Source: Prevotella phage Lak-B5. Taken from it: a stretch of DNA of 40,000 nucleotides. Positions 10,716 to 22,286 of this stretch are shown here, piece after piece (position 1 is the stretch's first letter; every line of letters starts with the position of its first letter). The stretch lies in sequence record MK250024.1; one strand, given 5' to 3'. A program made the translations under genes and the position numbers. A model generated the notes under the pieces. The model was not told the origin of the DNA, did no database searches, and worked only from the letters and a program-made list of their open reading frames with translations.

Positions 10716-13514
10716 ATGGCAGGATTTATGGATAACAAATATGGTTCACATGTTCCACCTGTTGGACTTAATGGTTTCAATAAAATATGTTTTACTGATT
10801 AGAAAGAAGCTGAAACTATGTTATTGGATAAGCCGTTAATGCCTGGCTAGCTCACATTCGCATATTACTATGATAATGTTGCGACTAATGGTGTAAATGT
10901 AATGGCAGCAGTCGGAACATTAAAAGGAGAAGGTTCAAACCATATTTTTGTTAGTTATGAAACTATAAATTAGTTAATTGATTCCATTGATGATTCATTT
11001 GAAGATTTCGATACTAGTTTAATATATATTCGGAAAGAACTTATGAGCAAGCTTTCTGCTCTTGAAGATGAACAGAATAATTTAGTTTTACAGATAAGAG
11101 ATAATGTTAATAATTCTAATGTAAGTTTTAACGAAATTTATACTAAATTAGAAGAGTTAGAAACAAATGGTAAACAATATACAGATGAGAAAATTCAAGA
11201 GATAAGAGATTATGTCGATACATCTGTAACAAGTAAAATCAATGATTATGAAACAGTAGTTTCTGATATGATTTTAGATGCGTCTACAAAATTAGATTAG
11301 ATGCAAAAAGATTTTGAAGATAAAGCTTAGGATATTCTTGATCGTAGTAATGAAGTATATGACAATCTTGATGTTTCTCTTCGTAATTATGTTAATAATG
11401 AAATGTTAGGAATGCAACAGTTTGTTCATAACGAAACAACACAAGCCGTTTTAGATATGAATTCAAAATATGCGGTTTTAAAGAAAGTTGTTGCATCTAT
11501 TAATTCATCTGTTAATGATATTGATAAAAAACATAATGATAAGGAAACAGAATTATCAAGAAATATTGTAGAAACAGCAACACAATTAACAGAAGACTTA
11601 GAAATTGCAAATGTTTCAATCATTAGTTATATTGATCAATAGACATCATTATTCAATAAGAAGATTGATAATAAAATCAATGAGCTTGAATTTAATACAA
11701 AAACTAAAAATATAGATTTAACAAATATCGTAGAAGAATACCAACATTCAGTTAAGAATGATATTGCTGTATTCAATGCATCTATGAGAACATATGTTAA
11801 ATCTAGTCTTGCCACCGTTCAAACAGATGCTAATTCAAAATATTCAGAATTAAAAACATATGTAACATCAAATGATGCTTCATTATTAAATTATGTTAAT
11901 GCAATGGAAATTGCACAAAAGACATATATTAATAAACATGATTCTGAAATTAAATCTTGGATTGCAACATCAGATACTTCTTTATTCAATATTATTCGTT
12001 CAACAGATAGTAAATTAAAAGATGATCTTGACGCGATGGATGCAAGACACCAATCAATGTATCGTACAGTTGAATCACGTCTTGATAACCTTATTGATGA
12101 TATTTCTACAGATCTTACTATCATGGTTAATGAATACGGTAAGGAAGTTAAGAACTTTACACGTAAACATGTAAATGATTTAGAGAATAAAGTTAAAGCA
12201 CAAAATGTAAGTTTAATTAACTATATTGATGATAAATCTCAAGAAGCAGTAAATGAAACTCGTTTACTTAATGCTTCACTTAGAACTCAATTAAAGAATA
12301 CAACAAACTTACTTAACGCAAGTATCAATAATGCTATTCAATATACAGATGATGAAATATCTAAATTAAAATCATATGTTGATACAGAAAATACTTCTAT
12401 TATTACTTATGTTAATAATCAAGATGATAAAGTAAGATTCTATGCAGATTATGGAGATAATGAAGTTCGTAAATATATTGATGAACTTGAAGAGCAACTT
12501 AAGAAATATTCTATTACTGGTGATTCTTCTGTTATCAATTATATTAAGTTAACAAAAGAAAATATTGAACAATTTGTTAAAGATGCAGATGATGATGTTT
12601 TAAAGAAAGCATATATTCATGATGATGAAATCAAAAATGAAATGACAACTGAATATAATGCATTTGTTCGTAAGCAGAAAGATATTGATGCATCATTATT
12701 AAATTATGTTAAGAATACAGATACTTCATTATTTAATTACATAAAGGATAGAGATGAACAAATAAAGAGATGGATTGCTATTGGTGATACTTCACTTTAT
12801 AACTATTTCAAAACATAGAATGCATCTTTGTTTAATTATGTAAAAACATAGGATACAGAAATATAGAATAATCTTGTTAATAGTGTTTCTAAGATAGAAA
12901 ATGATATGGCAAAATTCGAGACCAGTATCAATTCAAAGATTGATTCTGCTGATATTGCTCTTGATAATAAATTAAATGCTAATAATGCTTCTATCTATAC
13001 AATTCTTTCTTCTAATGATGTATCAATCATGAGTGCAGTTAATAAGAAAGATTATGAACTTGAAACAAAATTAAATAATCAAATTTCAGAAGTAAAGAAC
13101 GAATTAGAAACAAAAGACTCTTCTATTCTTAATTATGTATTGAATGCTGATACATCTATTAAATCACAACTTAATATAATTAAAGATACTATTAATAATG
13201 ATATTAAAGTATCTCTTAAAGAACTTGATACAAAAGTGGATGTAAATGATGCTTCTATTATGTCTTATATTAATACAAATGACCATAAGATTGGTTCTTA
13301 TATTGATACAGAAATTAATCGTGTAGAAAATCATTGCAAATCAAATGATACATCTGTTGTTAATTTTGTAAAAAAAGAAGATTCATCTATAGTTAATTAT
13401 GTAAATGGTACAGTTAAACAAGAATTACTTGATAGAATTAATGATACAAATACATCTATTATTAATTATGTTGCTGAGAATTCATCATTGTTCAATTATG
13501 TCGTTAATACTTAA
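10716..13514 (+). CDS. Tail-fibre protein C, N-terminal part (932 aa, table 15)
   Basis: ATG 10716 (MAGFMDNKYGSHVPPVGLNGFNKICFTDQKEAETMLLDKPLMPGQLTFAYYYDNVATNGVNVMAAVGTLK) to TAA 13512-13514. Several in-frame TAGs. The C-terminus is abrupt and the same repeat pattern resumes in the +1 frame. Confidence 0.8.
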
Positions 13515-16500
13515 AGCACTTATTGAAAGTAAAGATGGCTCAATTTTGAATTCATTAACAAGCGCTGATGCTTCTATTATTCGTTTAATTGAGAAATATA
13601 ACTCAGAATTACATAATAAGATTAACGCAAATGATTCATCTATTAACTCAAAAGTTGATAAGTATAATTCATCTACATTTAGCCACTTTACATTAAAGGA
13701 CGCAGAACTTCAATCTAAACAAGAATTAGCAGATACTTCTATTGTTAGTTTTATTAACACAACTGTATCTGATATGAATACAAGTATCAATGAGACTTTA
13801 ACAAATATTGATAATAAAGTTGATAATGTAAAATCTGATTTAGTGAATACCATTGAAACAAACAATACATCTATTGTTAATTTTGTTAAGTTACATGATA
13901 CAAGTATTGAGAATATGATTAAGTCTAATGAAGAAGTTTATAACTATATCAATACACAAGATACTTCTATCATTAATTTCATTAAGAATAACAATACTGA
14001 TCTTGATAATAAACTATCAAGAGTTAATACTGATGTTAACAATAAGATTGATAATGTTGAATCAGACCTTTTACAGGAAATTGTTAATAAGACAAATATA
14101 CTTAATACTGATGTAAGACGAGAAATAGCTAATCTTTCTGATTAGATGAATGATTCTGATACTTCTATTCTTAATTATCTTAAAGCATCTGATAATGAGT
14201 TAAACAATAACTTATTGCAATTAGATACAAATCTTCATAATGAGTTAGATAATAATAAGGCTGAATTAACTAATAGTATTAATAATGCTATTACTGCTTA
14301 TGAGAATAAACAAACAGAATTCTAGTCTAATATTAATAATCAAATTGATACATTTAAAACAGAAGTATCTACAAATATTGATACATTAAATTAGACTATC
14401 CATAATGATATGTCTGAGTTAAGTTCTGATATTAGTACAAAGATTGCTGTTACAAATTCATCTACTATTAATTATCTTCAAAATGAAATTTCAAAGATTG
14501 ATAATAAAGTTAATAACTAGAATTCTTCATTATCTGTAGCATTTGAGAACTATAAATCCGCAACAGATACAAGTATTAAGAACAAATTAGATTCATTTGA
14601 AACTAATGTAGATAATAAGTTAAATGATAAATTTACAGAACTTAATATCACATTAGATACAAACTGGACTAATTTGATTAATTCTAATGAGCAGTTTAAG
14701 AATGAAATTCATAATGATATTGCAAATCTTGAGACTAATACAAACAATAAGTTAAATGATTTTAAATCTTACGTAGATGAACAGAATACATTACAGGATG
14801 TAAAGAATACATCTGCTATTAGTTCACTAAGAACTGATATTTCAACATTGGATGATTAGATCAATACAAGATTAACACTTCACGAAAAGTTATGCGATAA
14901 TAATATTCAAATTGCAAAGAATGAATTATCATCAAAAATTGAAACTGTTAATACATCATTAATTAATTATATCGATTAGCAAGATACTAATATTAAGAAT
15001 GAATTTGCTGAACGTGAATCAAATCTTCTTAATTATATCAATAGTTAGGATAATGAGCTTAACAGAAAGATTGATAGCGTTAATCATGATTTAACAGAAA
15101 CAATTACAGATGTTGATCTTCGCGCAACTACTAATATTAATAATCTTCGTACAGATATGAATTATGAAGTATCACGCCTTGATAAGAAGATTGAAGATAC
15201 TGAAAGAGATATTAGAGCAGATGTAAGTACAGAAGATAAAAAACTCGATGATAGAATTACATCTGTTGACCATGACATCCGTCAAGATATGGAAACAAAA
15301 GATAATGATTTACAACAACAAATAACAGATGTTAGTAGAGATTATCGTCAGTTTGTTATTGATTCATCTAGCATGATTACAAAACATATTGAGAATGTTT
15401 CATCTAATATTCATTAGAGAATAACTGATACTTCTGAATGTTTATGGCAATATGTAAATGATACATCTGACGCTATTGTTAATTATTTCAAGAAACAAAA
15501 TACAGATCTTAAAAATTATTCTGATACAGAAGATAATAAATTAAAAGGTAGAATTGAAAATGTTTCATCTAAGTTAATTGATGTTAGCAACGCATTGAAT
15601 AAACTTATTGGTGTTGGAGACGTTACTTCTGCTATTGATACATTCCAAGAAATTGAAGAGTTCTTAAAAACGTATACAAATAAAGATACATTAACAAATT
15701 TATTAAAGAATAACTCTGATAATGACAAAGCTTATGCAGATAGTATATTACAAAGATATGATGAATATATAAAGAATTATATTTCTGATGGCTCTACTGA
15801 TATATATAATTATATTAATAACACTTCATCTGCAATTGTTTGGTGGGTATAGGATATTTCTAATAAATTTAAGAAGTATATTGATGCAAGTGACCTTATT
15901 CTTGATGGTAAGATTAGTGAATTAAGAGAAGACCTTAATACAACTAATAATAATATTGATGATTTAAAAGATTATGTAGATCAATAGGATAGAAAAGATA
16001 GAGATTATGTTGATGATATATCCACAAAAATTGTTACATATATAAATTCTACTTCTGATGGTATTGTTAATAACTTTAATGATACTTCTGATGGTATTGT
16101 GAGACGTTTTAATGATGCTTCTGATGGTTTATATAATTTTATTATTGATACATCTAATCGTATTGTTAATAACTTTAATGATGCTTCTGATGGTTTATAT
16201 AAATTAATATTAGACACATCTGATGATATTGTTCATCATTTTAATGATGTTTCTACTCTTATTGTTAGAAGATTTAATGACGCATCTGACGGATTATTCC
16301 ACTTAATTATGGATACTTCTAACATGATTATACATCGTTTAAATGATGTATCTGATGGTATTGTTAAGAACTTTAATGATACTTCTGACGGTATTGTCAA
16401 ACGTTTTAATGATGCTTCTGATGGATTATATGCATTAATAAAAGATTTATCAACTCGTCATAATGAAGATAACACTTTAATGCAGTCATATATCAATACA

Positions 16501-18705
16501 GAAATAGGTAAAGTAACCGATTCTTTAAATACTGAAGTAATACAAATCAATAAAAATATTGGTACAATAGACAAAAAATATGAAGGGAAATTTAAGACTT
16601 TATATGAAAATGATATTGCAGACATTAATTCTTCTATAACTAATATTAGAAAAGAATTTGTAACAGCTGATTATAATTCTAGCACACAAATTTATAATTA
16701 TTTAAAGGAAACGTACAAGAAAGAACTTACTGGAGAAATAAGTAAAGTTGATAGCAAGTTAACAAATTATATTACGTCTAATGATAAAAAAGTTAGTGAT
16801 CTTGATACTAAAATTAATAGCGTAAACTCTGATATAACAACTTTGATTAATTCAAGTTATAATGAAATTAATGGATATATTAAAGATATAAGTACTCGTC
16901 TTGATAAAACTGATAAACGTTTAGATGATAGAATTACAGAAATTAATAACACATTAACAAACTCTATTCAAACTAAACATGACACATTAGATGGACGTAT
17001 TACAAAAGTTGATACTGATTTAAAAGAAAGTATTAAATCAAAATATGATTTGGTTGATGGACGTATTACTACTGTAAATGAAAATATTATTAAACGTATA
17101 GATCAATATAATACATCATTAGCAGGTTATACAGACCAAGAAATCAAAACAGTTAATAATGCCATTAATAAAGTTAAATCTGATTTAACACAAGAGATTA
17201 CTAATAATGTAACTAATATTGATAGTTCTATTACACGTATTGATAATTATCTTGAACGAGGTTACTGGACAAAAGTTACTAATTATGTTGGTAGTGAAAT
17301 AACAAAAGTTGATGAAAAGATTACTAATCTTAAATCTGAAATCAATAATTCATTATCTAAAGATTATGTAACAAACGCATCACTTAATGATTATTATAAT
17401 AACACTATTAAAAAATATGTTGATGAACAAGATGCATTATATAATACATCCGTTATAGATATATCTAATAGATTAAAGACAACAAATGATAATATTAAAT
17501 CATTAAATGATAAATTAACTGCATTAACATCTGATAATATTGATGGAACTATCAATACATATAAAGAAGTTCAAGATTTCTTAAACTCTATATCTGATAC
17601 TACTACGCTTGTAACATTATTGGCAAATAATAAAAATCAAGCTATTGAATCTGCTAATCAATATACAGATAGTTCTATAAATAATTTCAAGAATACATAT
17701 GTTAAACCTAAATTTGATAATTATGATAATTCAATATCTACAATAAATGGTGACATTAAAAATATTAATGGTAAAATAACTACTAATCAAACTGATATTA
17801 CAAATCTTACTACCAGAGTAAATAAGGCAGAAACTGATATTAAAAATATTGATGGCAATATTTCTACTATTACTACTGACATAAATAAGTTAAAAGATTT
17901 TCAAACTACTGTCAATAATAAGAATTATTTAACAGAAATTACTGTTGCTAATGATAACAAATTAGGTGGTATTAAAACTGGTTATACGCCAACCGGCGCA
18001 AATGCAAGTAAGCAATTACCAGTAACATTGAATTCTGACGGTCGTGCATATGTAACACTTACAAATTCAGCGGTCACAGGAGCATATACTTATACATTAC
18101 CAACAGCAAATAATTCTGAACTTGGTGGAATCAAAACTGGATATACTAATAATGGTAATAAGGTCAAAGTTGAAGTTGATGGTTCAGGAAATGCATATGT
18201 TGCTCTTACTGAAACAGCAGTCAAAGGCGGATTTACTTATACATTACCTACGGCTGGTACAACAACTCTCGGTGGTATCTGCACAGGGTATACTAATAGT
18301 GGATCAAATGTTAAGGTTCAGATGAGTGGTAATAATGCATATGTTGGTATTACTAAAGATGCTATTGTTAGCGCTCTTAGTTATACACCTGCAAAAGGTA
18401 ATTCAGATGGCTCTAATACGTATACATTACCTAAGGCAACAGGTTCAACATTAGGTGGTATTCAAGTAGGCTTTACACAAAGTACATCTGGTTCAACACT
18501 TAATCTTCCTGTTAAATTAGATTCAAATGGTAATGCTTATATTAGTATTAACTTAACTGATTTATAGAATATTGGTGTAATAACAAATAATAATATTAAT
18601 TCACATGTAACATAGGTTATGTCTGATGACACTGCATGGGTTACTCAATCTCAATATGGAAATATCACAGATAAAGGTAGTAAAACTTATTACATTTATG
18701 AATAA
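13498..18705 (+). CDS. Tail-fibre protein C, C-terminal part: shaft and probable receptor-binding region (1735 aa, table 15)
   Basis: Frame 1 open from ATG 13498 to TAA 18703-18705 across many TAGs (14143, 18565, 18613 and others). Joins track fragments 13405, 14674, 15157, 15595 and 16099. Start is uncertain: ATG 13498 or a frameshift from the upstream ORF. Confidence 0.75.
16039..16467 (+). repeat. Array of about 13 hendecad (33-nt) units
   Basis: YINSTSDGIVN NFNDTSDGIVR RFNDASDGLYN FIIDTSNRIVN NFNDASDGLYK LILDTSDDIVH HFNDVSTLIVR RFNDASDGLFH LIMDTSNMIIH RLNDVSDGIVK NFNDTSDGIVK RFNDASDGLYA LIKDLSTRHNE. Confidence 0.9.
17956..18540 (+). repeat. Four imperfect repeats with LGGI(K/Q/C)xG(Y/F)T cores at the fibre C-terminus
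   Basis: NKLGGIKTGYTPTG / SELGGIKTGYTNNG / TTLGGICTGYTNSG / STLGGIQVGFTQST, with YTLP spacers between units. Confidence 0.85.
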
Positions 18706-18722
18706 TAAATTTATATATAATA

Positions 18723-18758
18723 AAAGAGGTATAGAAAATTAAAATTCTATACCTCTTT
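18723..18758. terminator. Bidirectional terminator between convergent genes
   Basis: Perfect 14-bp stem AAAGAGGTATAGAA / TTCTATACCTCTTT with T/A-rich flanks, between + gene end 18705 and - gene end 18763. Confidence 0.85.
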
Positions 18759-18762
18759 ATTT

Positions 18763-19110
18763 TTATTCTTCTTTCTTTTTTCTTGTTCTTCTGACTTTCT
18801 TAGGTTTATTAATGCCAAAATCATTTTCAATTTCATTTATAAATTCATCTATAGATACAACTGCAGCTGGATCATCTATAAATGGGTCTAATTCTAACAT
18901 GAATTGAGCGAAATCATTTCTATCTCTAAGAAATGCGTTTAATCCTCGACCAGAATCATAAACAAATTGAATTATTATATATCCATCGGGATCTTTTAGA
19001 AAACTAAATCCTATTGTTTGTTTCAAATCAACAAATGTCTATCCAACTCTTACAAACGATTTAAATTTTCTATTCTTAAAAAACTCTTCATTTAATTCCA
19101 AATTATCCAT
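18763..19110 (-). CDS. Hypothetical protein (115 aa, table 15), basic C-terminus
   Basis: Reading through TAG (plus-strand CTA 19039-19041) gives an ATG start at 19110: MDNLELNEEFFKNRKFKSFVRVGQTFVDLKQTIGFSFLKDPDG... The track had used a TTG start. Ends in PKKVRRTRKKKEE. Confidence 0.8.
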
Positions 19111-19111
19111 A

Positions 19112-20311
19112 TTACTCAAATAATGCATTTGCTGTTTTTACTGTTCCGTCTGTATTAATGTACTTATCCATACCCTTGAATATTTCTGCTTCAATTGCTT
19201 TCTTCTTATCATAACCTTCATATTGTGTACCTTTAAGCAATATTTGTGATTTAAGATTCCAAAAGCTTTCATTTGGAGTATCATTAATCATATATTCTAG
19301 TGATTCTTTATAATCTTGTATATATTCAGGGAATAATTTACTGTTAAGCTCTACCAATGTACGCTGACGCATTAATCTATCACTAAAATCAATATCATTT
19401 ATATCTCGTTTACATACTTTTTCAAATACCGGTTTTAATTTTGATTCAGAATCAAGTAAATCTTGAACTGTATTAATACCGCATATTTCACGAACTTTCT
19501 TTTCCTTACTTGGTGTAATTCTTACTTTGCGTCCATCTTTATACCAATTATAAAATGAAGGTACACAATCACCATCGTCACCACAAAATATCTTATCAAG
19601 AACAACATTATTTGGATTCTCTACAGATAATTCCATAATAGTATTTGATTGAAGTAATTGTTTTACATAAGTCTTAGATAAATCTTCATTCTCGAAAAAT
19701 ATATCAAAATTATTATCTGATTTATTATACCATGTTTCAAATGCTTCTGGTACATAAATATAACGTTTACTACCTTTACCCTTACCTGTTGTATTATATA
19801 CTATGCAATATTGATTTGTTACTGTATTGAAATCAATAAGTTGTCTAATATCTGCATCTGCGCTTACAATGATAACATTATAATTTGGATATTTCTCAAA
19901 CACTATTTCTTTACACATACATGCAATATCATCTGCTTCACAATGCTCCACCTTTGCTACATGCATAGAATTCCTTGATAAAATCTTAAGAAGATCATCT
20001 GAGCATTTAAATATATTATCCCAATTTATAGATTCCGACTTTTTCCTATTTGACTTATAACCTGGATTTATATCGTCTCCTGGAAGAACATCTTTTCTCC
20101 ATGCATGTTGAGCGTCTGTTGCTATAATAACATTTGTAGGTTTGAATATATTAAGAATTGAACATACATCTGTTGTAAACTTATACATGAATGAACGTAC
20201 GTCTTCTATTCTGTTATATCCGTTGACCTAACCATATAAGCTATTCATAAATAATGATCTGAATAAAAGGTTAGACCAATCCAATACTAATAATACTTTC
20301 TTACTTTCCAT
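19112..20311 (-). CDS. 5'-3' exonuclease / FEN-like nuclease (T4 RNase H family), 399 aa, table 15
   Basis: Track ORF starts at 20188. TAG (CTA 20228-20230) read as Gln extends it to ATG 20311: MESKKVLLVLDWSNLLFRSLFMNSLYGQVNGYNRIEDVRSFMYKFT... Contains the N-terminal LDWSNLLFRS acidic motif, the HCEADDIACM motif, the IIVSADADIRQLI motif and a GDDGDCVPSF motif, all typical of the PIN/FEN nuclease fold. Confidence 0.85.
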
Positions 20312-20382
20312 TTCTCTAAAAATACGAAAATCGTTTTATTTTATATATGTATTTATTAGTATTGTTTATTTAATGTTAAAAA

Positions 20383-21765
20383 TTAAGAATTGTCAGGGAC
20401 AATTTTATACCAATACAAACTATATTTTGATTTTGATGATGTATTTGTATATCCTTTTACTTTTAGTGCATAAGACGCTTTTATATGCAAATGAATTAAA
20501 CCACCTTCATAATCTGTAGGTATATTTATATTTGGTGATTGAGTATTTACTATATTATTATTACCATCATCCAAAAAATATGATATGCTATCATCAGTAT
20601 ATATATCATTTATAGCTGTTGCATGTTCACTAAAACCATAATTACCTGAACCCTATATAAAAAGTACAGCATCACCTGGTTCATCATTTGCACTATGTAT
20701 TGATATACCATTATCTATTGAGTGTCCAGTTATATCATCATTACCTGTATTATCAGGTATTGCTTTATTTTCTACTGTATAATATACTTTATAATATGTT
20801 ATTAATGATATATCATCTATATCTTTCATTTTTACATCATTTTCAGATAGATTATGTAATTTTGCATATAATGGTATAATTACATCAGTCTTTAATTGAT
20901 AAGCGGATATTCTAAATAATTTATTCCATTTTATAATAGTTCCTAATTTCTAATATAATGTCAAATCACATAATTTTAATGGTTGCTAATTATCTATTAT
21001 ATATTGGTCTTCTTTAGATACCAATTTATCATCATTTATAAATAATGTAGGCATATATTTATTATTAAAATATATTTTCCTACAAGGTAAATTACCACTT
21101 TTTATAACAATATATAATTCACCGGATAATAATTCCTATACAGTTGGTACATATGTTCCATCATACTAAACTGTTTCCTGTCTATCTTCTACATTTGGAT
21201 CTTGTCTTTCTTTATCAATATTAATATATTCATACCCAATTGGCATTATTTCATATGTATCTGCAACAATGTTATTATCTTTATCATCCGCGGTAAAATA
21301 ATATTCTCCATCATAATCTGTATTATTTCTGTTCTTGTCATTTAATGCTTTTATATATTCATATCCATATTCACAAAAAATATCTTCCAAACTTGCTTCA
21401 TTTGCATCTGTTGCAAATGCTTTATTTAATACACAACCAGAAAACTTATTTATATCAATATCACCAGAATTTATTGTACTTTTATATTTTCGTAATAAAT
21501 CTAAATTATAATAATTATCATCTAATGTATTTTCATCAAAATATGTTTCATTTATCTTTACAATTCTATCTTCTGATGTAATATCATGTCTATATGTTCC
21601 ATAATTTCTATAATACTCATTGTTTACCATATGTTCATTTGCTGCTATATCTGCAACTTTTTTATTATTTAAATCATATGATAAACGGTCATAACGATTA
21701 AATTCAAATATTTTTGTATATGAATTTAATATTTTTTCATATTCATTATTAACAATATCTGCCAT
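20383..21765 (-). CDS. Hypothetical, possibly structural protein (460 aa, table 15)
   Basis: ATG 21765 to stop 20383. The 199-aa and 63-aa track fragments share a frame and join through TAG (CTA 21166-21168 and 20653-20655, plus others), with an uninterrupted open frame between them. Confidence 0.75.
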
Positions 21766-21789
21766 ATATTTTGTATTATATTGTTTATA

Positions 21790-21798
21790 TTATTTATT
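21790..21798 (-). promoter_or_regulatory. Candidate promoter motif AATAAATAA (minus strand)
   Basis: 32 nt upstream of ATG 21765; lies back to back with the plus-strand copy at 21803. Confidence 0.45.
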
Positions 21799-21802
21799 TT
21801 TT

Positions 21803-21811
21803 GATAAATAA
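21803..21811 (+). promoter_or_regulatory. Candidate promoter motif GATAAATAA
   Basis: 34 nt upstream of ATG 21838. Confidence 0.45.
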
Positions 21812-21837
21812 AGAAAAATATATTGATTATTTATATA

Positions 21838-22260
21838 ATGATTACTATATATAAAGGTAAAGATGAAGATACTGCTATAATACCATTAAGTTTTTAGCTT
21901 TTGAATGGTAAGCAAAATATTAATTGGGCAACTGAAATAATAAAAAATGATGCAGCTGCATATAAATCTAATATAACTGATGATAAATTAAAAAAGTAGG
22001 TAGATTCTGCTATAAATTATATAAAGTTTAATACTCCGAGCGTTACCGCAAATGAATATACAATAAGTAATGATAATAACTTAAAATCGTCATTATTAGA
22101 GAACGAAATAGATTTATATTATATAGAAAATTTTACATATGTATTAGATAGTGACAGTTATACAAATTATAGTACGTCAGATGAAAAATCAAGAGGAAAA
22201 GATGATTATATGTTTACTATAATACCAAATACAATAGATGTTGAAGTAAAAAATGAATGA
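21838..22260 (+). CDS. Hypothetical protein (140 aa, table 15), absent from the supplied track
   Basis: ATG 21838 to TGA 22258-22260 with two in-frame TAGs: MITIYKGKDEDTAIIPLSFQLLNGKQNINWATEIIKNDAAAYKSNITDDKLKKQVDSAINYIKFNTPSVTANEYTI...EVKNE. Confidence 0.75.
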
Positions 22261-22286
22261 AAACTTTTTTACTTCAACATCATCAT

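Noticed and set aside
13405-13497. N-terminal part of the 13405-14145 ORF (MVQLNKNYLIELMIQIHLLLIMLLRIHHCS)
   Set aside because: Out-of-frame translation of the fibre C repeats; the frame becomes plausible only after ~13498.
4281-18705. Fibre shaft repeats as a transposon or CRISPR-like array
   Set aside because: Repeats are protein-coding, imperfect, in multiples of 3 nt and lack unique spacers; no terminal inverted repeats or transposase.
1-18705. Fragmented ORFs as evidence for pseudogenes or decay
   Set aside because: Apart from the single frame break at 13512, every interruption is TAG in an otherwise open frame, which is recoding and not decay.
20349-20357. AATAAATAC upstream of the exonuclease gene as another promoter motif copy
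   Set aside because: Last base deviates and it lies 45 nt from ATG 20311, outside the 31-38 nt range of the others; not counted.
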